A DNA stretch of 61,742 bases, counting the filler, from Sluysia triapertura (taxonomy: Eukaryota), in assembly GCA_046118255.1 (NCBI GenBank). It is 4 parts of 4 records of this genome, joined end to end, with 100 filler letters (N's around TTAATTAATTAA, not from the genome) between each part and the next. Parts side by side here need not be neighbours in the genome. Positions count along the whole stretch, not along the records: positions 1 to 11,333 come from JBJNIA010185912.1; 3 more parts are not named here. The stretch is one strand, 5' to 3'. Shown here piece by piece: positions 1-11,433 of the stretch; the stretch's first letter is position 1, and each line of letters starts with the position of its first letter. A program made the position numbers and the translations under genes. Below the pieces are notes generated by a model. The model did no database searches. It was not told where the DNA came from and saw nothing but the letters and a program-made list of their open reading frames with translations.

Positions 1-194
1 TAACTTCAGAGAATTCATTATCTCCTCTTCATCATCCCTTTATTTGTTTCTTTTCATTTTTATTTTATTTCAATTTTATATGTAAGAATAATCTAAGAAT
101 AATAAGAAAGATCATGTGAAAAGACGTAAAGATTTATGCAGTTGTTCTTTTTATCAACAATAATAATAATAACGTTATTACCGATGTCATTTTC

Positions 195-195
<1 letters not shown>

Positions 196-236
<41 letters not shown>

Positions 237-270
237 GTTGTTGTTGTTGTTATTATTATTATTATTACTA
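196..270. repeat. (TTA)n/(TTG)n microsatellite
   Basis: Directly visible; produces the poly-Leu ORF 136-342. Confidence 0.95.
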
Positions 271-738
271 ATGTTATTATCATTATTTATTTCATCAACA
301 AGTACAACCAGGTACCTAAATTCAAAAATTAAATTTAATTAAAATTAAAAATGAAATAAATATTAATTTCGTTGTCTAAAGTGGTTACCACCAGCACCAA
401 CGATGACAGCCTATTTACATTTTCATCATGATGTCAACGTTGATGATGGTTGGTAGTCAGTCATCAACATTTTTACCATCTTTCACTCTTGTTAACACTC
501 CACCCAATCAGAAGCGCCATTGTCTAATTTTAAATAACTAATACGATTGGGTGGAGTTTAAAATAGAAATTACAAATTAAACCAGACAAAATACTGGCTA
601 GACAAACACAAAAATAAAGTTTCCGATTACTGTTTGAACGATCAAAAATTAAAGTTTTCAATCACTGGTTGAACGATCAAAAATAGCTAAAATAAAAACT
701 AATTGTCAAGGAACTTTAACTCTAATCCACTAGATGAA

Positions 739-1695
739 ATGTCGGATAGTGCAAGACGATTACAGCTTTCTAATTCAATTTTAGTAGATTTACGAAAATT
801 CGTTATTGATATGTTTAAGGAATATGTTTCGAACATGGAAAAAAGTATACACCTTTTTGATCAAGTAGTGGTAACATGTTACGTAAATAGTTCTCTAAAA
901 CATACCTTTCAATTATATTTTCCCTACGTGCACGAAAATCCATCATCGTTTAACCATGAAGTAAATTATACATCTGAAATTATAGTCCGTGTCTGCAATG
1001 AAAGTTATATTCATATATATATCTATCAATTAGATAAAATCATTTATATCTATGTTAAAATGATTAAGAAATTATATGGAATAAAAGAGAATTCCATCAA
1101 TGAACAAGACTTAGAATATTACAATTTATTTATAAATCATTCGGTAATATTACTTATTGCGTCGACGCAAGAACAACAAGATTCAAGTGATTATCAAGAT
1201 TATCGAGAAAATACTATTACGTTCTGGCACAAAATCAATGAGAATTTTAATTTAATTTTAAAGTCACATTTATCCGAAACCCAAGTGATGAGTATATCCA
1301 AGAACTATGACATGAGAAGATTGTCAACTTCGGTAACTGTATTAGATTTTCCTCCTATAATTAATATTTATTCTAATAATAATTCAAGTCTGTTATACTA
1401 CAATCAAGGATATAATCTTTCGATTAATTATAAAAACAATATGCTTGACAACATACTAAACCAGTTATGTTTTGCTTGTCCCACTAAGCAGAATTTTCAA
1501 GGAATCAAGTTTAATGCAGTTACACTTATATCGAATGTGTGTAAAGGTAATTTTATATTTAAATTGAACTTATATAATTATTTTGTGATCCTTAAATGTA
1601 CTAAAGCTTATAATTGTTTTTTTTGTATTAGGCTCAATAGTATTCAGAATGTTTTGAAACGTTGGGAAGCCATGAGGAATTTTCAATATAATTAA
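739..1695 (+). CDS. Unknown ~320 aa protein, cargo ORF of element copy A
   Basis: Uninterrupted 330-codon frame (703-1695, first ATG at 739) in very AT-rich DNA, downstream of CCAAT boxes. Possible terminal intron 1547-1631 (GT..AG). No domain recognised. Confidence 0.55.
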   Translation: MSDSARRLQLSNSILVDLRKFVIDMFKEYVSNMEKSIHLFDQVVVTCYVNSSLKHTFQLYFPYVHENPSSFNHEVNYTSEIIVRVCNESYIHIYIYQLDKIIYIYVKMIKKLYGIKENSINEQDLEYYNLFINHSVILLIASTQEQQDSSDYQDYRENTITFWHKINENFNLILKSHLSETQVMSISKNYDMRRLSTSVTVLDFPPIINIYSNNNSSLLYYNQGYNLSINYKNNMLDNILNQLCFACPTKQNFQGIKFNAVTLISNVCKGNFIFKLNLYNYFVILKCTKAYNCFFCIRLNSIQNVLKRWEAMRNFQYN

Positions 1696-1822
1696 TGTTT
1701 GGTTAAATATAGAGGATTCTGTTCATTATTTTTCATTTAAATTTAATTTTAATCTTAGTATGATAATTAAATTTTTATTTAATATGAATATTCAAAATCT
1801 AAAATCTCTAAACTATGCCAAC

Positions 1823-1855
1823 ACTAGACGTGAACTAGACGTGAACTAGACGTGA
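1823..1855 (+). repeat. Tandem 11-mer (ACTAGACGTGA)x3
   Basis: Three consecutive copies at the putative end of copy A. Confidence 0.9.
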
Positions 1856-2280
1856 TCTACCGTACTCTTAATGTAATGCCTTATTATAAAGCGAAGAAAA
1901 CTTTAATAACATTTATGAATAACACTCCAACTACAACATTTATCATATTAACTTGTAAAGTATTAAAATCGTTACACTATAATGAAAAAATCTTATCTTT
2001 TCCTGTACCAAGGTCTTTTGAACTATCAAATAATATATATCGTTATAACAAAATTTATTTAACGCCGTCAATGTTAATGCTTATACCTTATACATACTAT
2101 TGTTCTAACTTAATATTTTTAAGATCTCCAATTACGGCATCCTACATTAGCTCATGTTACATCAGCCTGATTCAAAATTTGTCAATAGTTTTGAACCCTT
2201 GTAAAAGTTTAAATAATTCTGACTATCAAACACCACGTTGTAAAGATGATTATCATCTTAAAACGCGTCCTATAAAAATA

Positions 2281-3600
2281 TTACCAACAATATCACTAAA
2301 AATATTGTTGGCAATGTTTAGTATAATTAAATCTAACTCGATAAAAGCATTCGATTGTAATTAACTGTTAGTCGGTAGGAAATTCTCGTTACTGGAAACA
2401 GAAGACTGCCCAGAATCAAGGCCGAGTAGAATCCAAGTTAATATAAAGAATGAAATTTGATAACGGCACTAGTTAGAGAATGTATGGAGAAACAATAAGT
2501 GGGAATTTTGTACTGTGAACATCACATCAACTCGTCAATAATAGAACAACCGCATGTATTAAAACCGTTTAAAATTCTACCGAATAACTGTATAAGTTTA
2601 GTAAAAGGGGTTAAATTAAGATTAAGAAATAATGAAAAATTATCTATAACATTAGAAGAGCCTAACGTACTAACGGATGGAACGTACGAACAGGGCTCGA
2701 CAGAATACGAAGGAAAATTTATCACAATGTAATTGCTGAAGAAACTTATGCAGTAAGTCTAAAATCATTCAATGAAAGCTTCTACATAGAAAAAGGTACA
2801 ATGATGTCTAGGTCGTTTTGCAGAATCGACCAAACAAGTTCCGACACTGGTGAATCAACTTTAATATATGAATTAGATAAGTTCCAGTGGCATTAATATT
2901 TTTAAAACAAATAAGATTTAATCTGGTATCCGGATTCGTTTACCAAAATAATGATGATTTACTGATAGAAGAAATAAATAAGAAGGAAGTAACCAGTAAA
3001 GAAGAAAGTGGATTGATTTTCATATCAAAATGATTTATAGTAAGATACGGAAAAGAAATTATAGAAACCAATTATCAAGGTATTTATTAAACTTGACAAT
3101 TTTACAGGCTAAAAAGGATTAGAACCAAGAAATATAAAATTAAATACTTATTTAAATAATAAAATAGATTTTACAATCATCTCGGATTAATGTCTTTGGA
3201 AAAAATCTATCAGTTGAGTAAAGAAATATTACGAACAAAATTGGCAGTGGCTATAAAAAATCCTGATTTAGTTGCTCCATTGTTATCATTATAAGAAGGT
3301 GTTTTCGGTAGACTAATGAGAAAGGTATTGTATATGTATAAATGTAAAAAAAAATAGAAGTACAGTTGAGACCAGCAACCGAATGTACAAACGAATTGCC
3401 CATATTATACGGGGAAATAGAAACTCATTTAGAACCAGTAACGAGAGTAATAATTCCAAGTGGTAAAATCAAACCAAAAACCATACATTGTTCAAACGTT
3501 ATGGTTTCAGAATATAGAATCGATGAAAATTTATGGATTTCACTGCCACATAGAACTCAGGTTAAAGTACCTGAAATCATAGGATTAACTCAGTTAGAAG
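2281..3600 (+). pseudogene. Chuvirus-like (class III/gB-type) envelope glycoprotein, N-terminal part, with stops and frameshifts
   Basis: Hydrophobic signal-like ISLKILLAMFSII, then AFDC..FSLLETEDC; ILYCEHHINSSII; LNTYLNNKIDF; LAVAIKNPDLVAPLL; YKCKKIEVQLRPATECTNELPI..LEPVTRVI..TIHC..YRIDENLW. Motif order matches chuviral/retrotransposon glycoproteins (GYDC..SLL..C; KC..VEV..R.T..CY.ELPV..P.TRIL..C..Y.I..W). Confidence 0.8.
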
Positions 3601-4858
3601 TGTTCGCTTTCTGGTTTGGAACAATTATGTAAGTTATAGAAAAGAAATGGGTTCGCCTGTGTAACGCGATTTATCTTAGAAGGACGCGTTCACAGGTTTT
3701 AATCAACGTAAAAGTTTAATAAGAAAGAGGGTTACTAATCTTCGTTAATTTCTTAAAAGGAAATTGAAACTATTCTTTACGCACTATTGATAAGGATTAC
3801 TTATGCTTTTTTAAATAAATTATTAATTCTTTCTACGTAATATAATTTTTTATATTGTTTAACTCGACTCTAGTAAATTCTCCGATTAATTTTAATAATT
3901 TATCGTTCTATACTACGATTTTTCCTTATCAAAAAACGTTTATAATTTCACGTAATTAATCGTTTTATATTACAATTTTTCCTTATCAAAAATGTTTATT
4001 AACAAATAAACACACTTAATTTATCGTATTATACTACTATTTTTCTTTTACAAAAGTCTTGATAAGTCACAAATGTTTATTAATAAATGAATACACGAAA
4101 TATAGTATTTACAATATAATAATAAAGAAAAGAAAAATCAATTATAATAAATAAATAATTTCAATAAGAATTTTAATGCTGAGTTTGACCCACCATTAAT
4201 TCTTGGGTTGTAAAGTTAGTTGATTTTGAGTAGTATTTTAAGGCAATGGATTTATGCCAAACACTTATTATGAATAAGCTTACTTATAATTTGTAAAAAT
4301 CGCCGATAGATAAATGATCCGAAAATTATATCTTCTTGATTTCCAAAAATGAATTTATATTTGAGGAAGCTTTGAACGGTTTTTCTCAAAACTAAATACA
4401 TATAACGATCCGACTCGTAATTTCCAAAATTATATATTTTTAATAAATTCTCCAACTAGTTTGCGGGGCTCGTTTCAAAGATTTTCATTATAAGTCTAAT
4501 TATTATATCTTAATTATTGTGCATTACAATTTACTTGACAATTCCTTTTATACTTGTTCTGTAAGTAAACTTATTCAAATGAAAATAATGATTTTTGACC
4601 AATAATTGAAACCAGATGATTAATTTTCAAAGTTTATTTTCTAAAGGTCTAGTTTTAATTTTATAAATATTTACGTTATAAAGGTTGTTAAAGTTTTAAC
4701 TTTTCAATTAATTACAAAATGATAAAGTTTTTAATTAATAAAACTTTTCAATATTTTATTTCAATTTTATTGCAATTAATAATACTTTTTTTAATATTTA
4801 ATAAAACTTTTTAATATGTACAAAAATTTTAATATTTACAGTTTGTATGGTATTTACA
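3601..4858. mobile_element. Solo-LTR-like insertion (1258 bp) interrupting the glycoprotein
   Basis: TGT...ACA termini; 4-bp TSD GAAG at 3597-3600 and 4859-4862; excision restores the frame QLE-GKIKFLATKD. Imperfect internal tandem repeats at ~3900-4100. Confidence 0.8.
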
Positions 4859-4862
4859 GAAG

Positions 4863-5345
4863 GAAAAATAAAATTCTTAGCTACAAAAGATATTCCGCAT
4901 TCTGGTATTTATACATACGAAGATGTACAGGGAGCATGGCAAGAAATACTATTCCCACTAAAAAGATCAAAAGTGCTAACAGATATAATAGATAAAGCAA
5001 CAGTTGAAAAAGACGGAAGAATAAATTTTGAATTATTACTGGGGCCAGACAATTTTAAGAAAATCGTTCAAAATCTGTGGTAGCTTTTAGTTTTAGGCCA
5101 ATCTTTCTCTGGATTAATCGGTACTTACATAATAATTAAGGTAATCGCACTAATTATATCTTAAATTTTCTCTTTTGTAGGAATTTACAAAATTTCAAGT
5201 TTTATATGGAAATTAATAATAGGTTTTTTCAATTTTTAGCAAAATATCTTTTACATGACCAAGCGAATTCACAAGTAAGTGCATTAGAAAAAAGAAAAGA
5301 GACGAACAGAAGACGAAAACGCAGTGTTACAAACAATACAGAATG
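4863..5345 (+). pseudogene. Chuvirus-like glycoprotein, C-terminal part with transmembrane region
   Basis: HSGIYTYEDVQGAWQEILFPLKRSKVLTDII matches the SGIYT..D....IMFP.ER..L..IA motif. Followed by hydrophobic GQSFSGLIGTYIIIKVIALIISL and a basic/acidic tail. Confidence 0.8.
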
Positions 5346-5479
5346 ACGAAAATGAAGAAATCTGAATTAAAAGAAAATCAAAAAAGAATACAAAAGGAAA
5401 GAATTTGTCCAATTGCTCCAACATCACCGATACCAAACGTAGTTTATATGATAATATGTGCAAATAACAATTACAATAA

Positions 5480-7067
5480 TTCAAAGAGACCGATGGAGAA
5501 TGTCAAAATAAACGGCAGAACAATCCTAGCTTCATTAATTAACGCAACTCAATTAACAGAAGAAGAACTTAAAAATCTTGCGGATAATTTCTCCCATTTA
5601 TCAGGAGTCACTGAAGATGCTATACATATAGTTGGTGTGATGAAATCTGTGTGCGAGATAGGACAAAATAAAATTGAAGCAAAATTAAGAGTAATGCAAA
5701 AATGCCCTGAAGACATGATACTAGGAATGGGTATATTATCTCAACTGAAAGGAGTTATACTGGATTTCGATAGACTTAAGTTGATGGATAATCATTCAAA
5801 CAGAGTTATTGACCGGTTCGAATTATAAATTATACAAATGACAATAAATGGTTATTTAGAAGTACAAAATTGGAAGAATTGTCAATTATAAAATACCAAC
5901 ACATATTAATATGATAACAGATACGACAAAAATAATATAATAAAATTACAACGTGGCATACAAGAAGAAATTCAAATTAATAATAAAAACTTAACAAAAA
6001 GACAAAAAGAACAGTTATACGAAATTATATATCGTTACCCCAGAGCAATTTTGAAAAATAAATACGATATTGGAGACTCCATAATAATAAAACATGAAAT
6101 ACCGTTGATAGAAGATAGAGTGATTTGAAGAAAACCACATAGAATCCCTATTTGTAATCAAAAGGAAATACAAGATCAGATAGATACCATGAATATCGAT
6201 TTTGAAGAAAAAGTTGAATATAGTATCCAAAGATGGTATCAAAGAGGTATTGAGAAAGTGAGTAAATTTCCACAACGTTAAAAAGATTAAGAGTTTTTTT
6301 GGGTTTATCCAACTATTGCAGAAGATTTGTCAAGAATTTTGCTGAGATTGCACAATCTCTCAGAAAACTAACAAAGAAGAACGTAAAATTTAAATAGTCT
6401 GACGAACAAACTAAGGCTTTAAAGAATTGAAGGAACATCTTACCTCGGCGCCAATATTAATCTTTCCTGATGTTGGTAAACCATTTATACTAACTACAGT
6501 TATACATCTCCATACCATCCGCAAACCGACGGATTATAGAGCGTTTTTAATCGAACTCTTATTAATATGATTCAGTCTTATGTGAAAGACTGGGATTTAT
6601 ATATTGCACCATGCCTTTTTGCTTATAGAAGTTCAGTACATCCATCAACTAACTTTACTCCATTTTATTTAATGTACGGTAGACATTCTAATGTGCCAGT
6701 AGATTTGGAATGGCTTCCACCAATTTCACAATATTTAGAAATCCTGAATATGTCACAATAATGCTAGAACAGTTACAGGATGCATGGAAACTTGCAGGTC
6801 TCCAAATCAAATATTCTCAAGAAATATATAAAGATACATATTATAAAACAGCCAAGGAACATACTTGGTGGTGAAATACTTAGAGATTATCCGTTATCAA
6901 AACCAGGTCAATCACCTAAACTACATAAACCTTTCAAAGGACCTTATTTGGTAACTAAAGTCACAGACACAAATGTATTTGTTAGAGATCCTAACAAAAT
7001 TAACTCTGAAACTTTTGTAGTACATGTCAATAATGTAAAATTGCAACAAAGGAAGAATAGAACTTGA
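5480..7067 (+). mobile_element. Ty3/Gypsy pol relic (PR-RT-RNaseH-IN) with internal deletions
   Basis: PR: VKINGRTILA..DMILGMGIL (catalytic DTG missing). RT N-terminus KHEIPL..KPHRIP..EIQDQI. Connection region SFLGLSNYCRRFVKNFAEIA..LTSAPILIFPDVGKPFILTT. IN: SPYHPQTDG..FNRTLINMI..WD..LFAYRSSVH..TPFYLMYGR. GPY/F: KPFKGPYLV..VHVNNVK. Confidence 0.93.
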
Positions 7068-7199
7068 GGAATATAAAAGTATAGAAATCAAGGTTGAAGG
7101 TTAAGCCAAAACATAAAGACATGGATAAACCACCTTCAATTCATTCATTAAGACATAAACAGATAGTATTCATGATGCAACCTCACAGAGTTGACTTAG

Positions 7200-7510
7200 C
7201 ACACATAAAACAAAACGTACGTTAGAGCAATTGTAGATACCAGTGCTACTACATCGAAATTTTCTGACCACTTGGGAATTAGTATTCATAAACAGACCTA
7301 GGGCAGTAACATATAGTGTTAACCAAATCCCAATTAATATTAATGGAATACTGCTATGATATATAGATATATTAGGACAATGTGCACAAGTTTCAGTGAA
7401 TGTTTGGGACAATAGCCCATACGAACTAATATTGGGTTTAGATGTTATTAATAATTTAGAAGACATTGTTATTCCTAGCAAGTATGGTTTTATAAAACTT
7501 CCACCAGGAT
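7200..7510 (+). pseudogene. Second retropepsin (aspartic protease) domain, downstream of integrase
   Basis: VRAIVDTSATTS (from 7221; DT[G>S] motif) and YELILGLDVI (~7420-7450), with a frameshift and a stop between them. Confidence 0.7.
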
Positions 7511-7757
7511 CAAATATAATTATACTGCAACTAATTGTTCCACAGGTTGGTGATTAAATAACTTTATATCAAACGCCAATTTCTAATCCAACATTACAAG
7601 TCTAGAAATTGCCATTACCTAACATAGTTGCCTCCACGCTTCACTTTTCAGATATATCATGGAAGTCACCAACAAATTCAGTGGTTACGTCAGAAGAAAA
7701 TTCAGACTTATCTGGAACTGGCTCCGAATTTCAAGACACAGTAATGATTATGACTGT

Positions 7758-10132
7758 TGTGAGGTGTCAAAGATTATTATGGTTTTTAAGTTATAATCGT
7801 TTTTAAAATTTAAAATTAATTTATAATTATTTTTATGAATTATAAAAACAAGTTTTATTAAAATCTTTTGACTCGAAATTTTTAATTTTAAATTAATTGT
7901 ATATTTTCTCTAGTAAAAGATTGAAAATAACAACATAAAACTTTATTTATGAAAAATTTTAATTTTGATACTCCACTCCCATGTATGATTCTTTTTCTTG
8001 TCGTTTCACTCTCTATAAAAATGATACTAAAAATAATAGATAACACTAAAGATATCAAAGTTAAAACTATTTACCTTGATGTTGTAGTCCATTAGAATAT
8101 TGCTAGACGAAGTGGTAGAGACAACTGTAATACTCTTTAGTAATTCTGTAATTGTTTCCGAGTGTCTATTGTAAGTTGCTTCATCTTCTTTGTTGATCGT
8201 CAATTCATGAACAGAATGAGCGTAGTGACAGAACATTCCATATCTTAAGCAAACACCTTTGTTGTCGGTAGAAACTGGGCACAATGTAGCTATACGAGAA
8301 ATTTTTTTATTATTGAGCATGTAACACTCATGCTCATTATCTTTAAGTCTAGAGTCATCACGTTTATAATCATTAAGTGAACAAAGATCATCATTACTAT
8401 TGTTATCATAAACCTTAGATTTATTTTTATTACGTTTATAAATATTATTATTATCAAGAAAATTAAATACAATTAATTTATAATCATAAAATTTGTGAAT
8501 ACATATTATTTTTATAAAAATTAAAAAAATCAACTTTGTACTGTTTAAGTTTATGGGTATTACGTTCGTAGTAGTAAAAGGAATCATGTTTTTTTTGTTG
8601 TTAACTTGATCATCAACATCATCTCGAACACTGTTATCTTTGTTATCATTAGGGTTTTCATTGTTAGCTTCATAATATTCGACTTCGACATTATTGACTT
8701 TGTCACTGTCATCTTCAAGATTGTTATTTTGGAAATCGTCGTCTCTACTATTACTAATTGCGTTATGCCGATCTTCAAAATTATATACTCGAAAGTTTTC
8801 GAAGTTATCATCGTTAATTTTTTTCTGATCATCTTTACAATTAAAACTAGAACATTATCATCTTTAGTGTTATCAATCAAGTTATATTTATCTTGATAAT
8901 TGCATATTATATAGTTATTATATTTAACATCATCAACTTTATTCTGATAATCTTGAGCATTTATAACTGGAACATTATCATCTTTACTGTTGTAAATTAC
9001 TTTATGTTTATCTTCATATGATTACAGTTATGATTACAGTTATCACTGTTGATTTAATGATTGTGCTTAGAATAGTCAATTTTCACAGAGAGCATAATTT
9101 ATTGAAAACTATAGTTAGCAAAAATTTTTAATTGCGACTGAAAATTTAAAATTGACAAAAAATTTTTAGTTAAGTGATCATGATTGGTCATCATTATAAA
9201 ATCACAAGAATTCGATGAAAAAACCAACCTGATTGGCCGTCCAACCAAAAAACATATAAAAATAGTGATCAGAATAAATCTGATTGGACGATCAATAATA
9301 GAGATCAAGAGTTGTATGATTTGTGTGCTAACCACTGTGAGTAAAACATATTACTTGATAATTGATGAGTGAACCACTATCAGTGGTGACATTGACTGTC
9401 ATTGTAAATCAATGTAGTCACCACTGGTTGTGGTAGTTACGACATAATTTGCTATTTTAATAAAAAATGTTATTATTATTATCCAAAAATCACATAAAAT
9501 CTTTATTTCTAGAATTTCACACTACCTTTCTTTTATATCTTTATTTTCTCGACATATTTAAATCTATTTAAGGAGAATAGCTATATTTGAAAAATTGTAA
9601 ATTCGTAATGTTAAATGTGGGAATATGTTGAGCGTGAATTTTAAATATACACTGATTCTATGAATGGACTGATGTTCCTAACTGAAAATGTTAATAGAAT
9701 GTAGAAAGTTAAGACTTGATTACTTTGGAATAGTGTGTATGTTGAAATGAGTGATTTCGAGAATGAAAAGAAGATGAATTATAGTGTAGGTTTAGTCTGT
9801 TTGCAAGAATGGTTATAAAATGTTGAAAGATAAAATATTTTGGATGAATTTTTTAATGTGATTTAATGCTTTTGAATGCAGCTGTGGTTTGAATGTTGTG
9901 AGATTGTGGGTTTAATTGATTTTAACGGATGAAGATGTTTTTAATGGATGTAAAAGAGATAAATATTGGAGTGTTAAAATGTTTAAGAGTTTTATGTACA
10001 ATATGTTGATCTAGTTTATTGTTGTTTTATGTTGATTTTGGGTGTATAATTTGTAGATTTTGAGAATAAATATTAAGTTAACAAAAGTTTATGTAATTTT
10101 TATAAACTCGTTAGGAAAATAGGTTGGCCACA
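7758..10132 (-). mobile_element. Cargo-bearing solo-LTR-like element, copy B (2375 bp)
   Basis: Termini TGTG...CACA; flanks ACTGT (7753-7757) / ACTAT (10133-10137) = 5-bp TSD with one mismatch. CA-rich 5' region; GATTGG-N4-CCAATC-like palindromes at 9231 and 9282. Confidence 0.7.
8027..9080 (-). pseudogene. N/D-rich protein with Unkempt-type CCCH zinc fingers (cargo of copy B), frameshifted
   Basis: CPVSTDNKGVCLRYGMFCHYAH = C-x9-C-x6-C-x3-H with TD..G and G..C..AH, as in Unkempt ZnF3. Upstream ERNTHKLKQYKV resembles the lead-in to Unkempt ZnF1. Confidence 0.7.
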
Positions 10133-10137
10133 ACTAT

Positions 10138-11330
10138 AAGAAAAAAGTAGCTTGTTGGTTATACTTATTGATTATAACTTTTTTGTCATTAATAGCTAAT
10201 ACTATAGCAAGTGAAACAGACGAGGAATATAAAAATATGAATATAGACAATGATCACCGATATCTATAACCAATAGTGGAAATTTGAATTTATTTTTAAG
10301 AAAATGATTTTACGGCACGAATTTGAAATTTATTATATTTACCTAAAGCCTTTGCTAGTGAGTAGACCACATTATACAGATAGTATTCCACATTGCCTAC
10401 ATTATGGTTACAGACCTATATTAATATCCTTTTCTCTTGACAATAAAAGAAATACAATGGATATAAGGAAACGTATTGAAAATATAAAACAATTTGAAAA
10501 CGAGAAAACAAATGAAGTATCTACCAAAATACCTAGTTATAATGTAACTTTTAAAACTAGTAAACAAATAAAAAATCGACAACAAAGGATAAATTAGAAC
10601 ATTCCTACAAACTCTTTATCATGTTATTGATAATACTATACTTATGTACCATACTCTATTTACTTCAAATTGGCAAAAAAAGTACGAGTTCCTACAAATA
10701 ATAAAAATTATATACCATTAATGTTAATTACAATGATTACAGTAATTCTGAACATTCTTTTAAATGAGAACATTTCGAGTTTTATAATATGGATAACGAG
10801 GTAAAAGTTAAAATATTAAGCAGCAATATTCGTACTAGATTTACCTTTCTGAAACCTGCTAGGCTTAACATTAGTTCATGGACTATATATGAAAATTATA
10901 TTAATGATGATTTAAAATATCCTATCACATTGTGTTCAGACTTATTACCTATTGAAGATAGACATATTATTGTGAAAATTCACGTCTCATCAAAATATTT
11001 ACACTTTGCATTAAAGGGAACAAGAAAACATTTAACAATATTGGAACGATCCGGCATTGGTAATATTAATCGTATCGGCAATATTGTTTGTAAATTGCTC
11101 TTGCTATAGTAGTACTAACTATTATTATGTTTGTCTCAAATAGGTTTCGATATCCATGTCTACCGCTTAATAATGATGACGAGGATCGATATACAATTCC
11201 GCATTTAAATAATTATGCTCCTGTAGGGAAATCACACAAAATTCATCACACTTCACCACATAAAAACATTTCACATGTACACAGATTATTAAACAAACTA
11301 CTAAACTCATTCAAAAAACAAACATAATCA
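10138..11330 (+). pseudogene. Degenerate accessory ORF region of the Gypsy relic (TM segment plus unknown domain)
   Basis: Continues the sequence interrupted by copy B: hydrophobic WLYLLIITFLSLIA followed by same-strand ORF fragments (10304, 10789, 11127). Confidence 0.35.
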
Positions 11331-11333
11331 TCG

Positions 11334-11433
11334 NNNNNNNNNNNNNNNNNNNNNNNNNNNNNNNNNNNNNNNNNNNNTTAATTAATTAANNNNNNNNNNN
11401 NNNNNNNNNNNNNNNNNNNNNNNNNNNNNNNNN
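11334..11433. other. Artificial contig spacer
   Basis: 44N + TTAATTAATTAA (stops in all six frames) + 44N. Confidence 0.97.

Larger units (their letters stand above)
1..1823 (+). mobile_element. Cargo-bearing LTR-like element, copy A (5' end outside the window)
   Basis: Shares AAGAAAGATCATGT (~104-117) with the reverse complement of ~18565-18578, and a related motif with ~9490-9535. Carries a CCAAT inverted repeat (ACTCCACCCAATC 497-509 / GATTGGGTGGAGT 545-557) followed by a long ORF. Probable end at ...GCCAACA (1823). Confidence 0.5.

Noticed and set aside
1-2280. Copy A as the 5' LTR of the envelope-bearing Gypsy element
   Set aside because: No PBS (TGG..) after its end and no recognisable gag in 1824-2280; the link is unsupported.
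3629-4859. Spliceosomal intron in the glycoprotein (GTAAGT..TTTACAG)
   Set aside because: Both candidate acceptors are out of phase; TG..CA termini with a GAAG TSD explain the interruption exactly.
11334-11433. TTAATTAATTAA palindrome within N runs (also 36073-36172 and 47661-47760)
   Set aside because: Identical 100-nt construct with stops in all six frames; an assembly linker, not biology.
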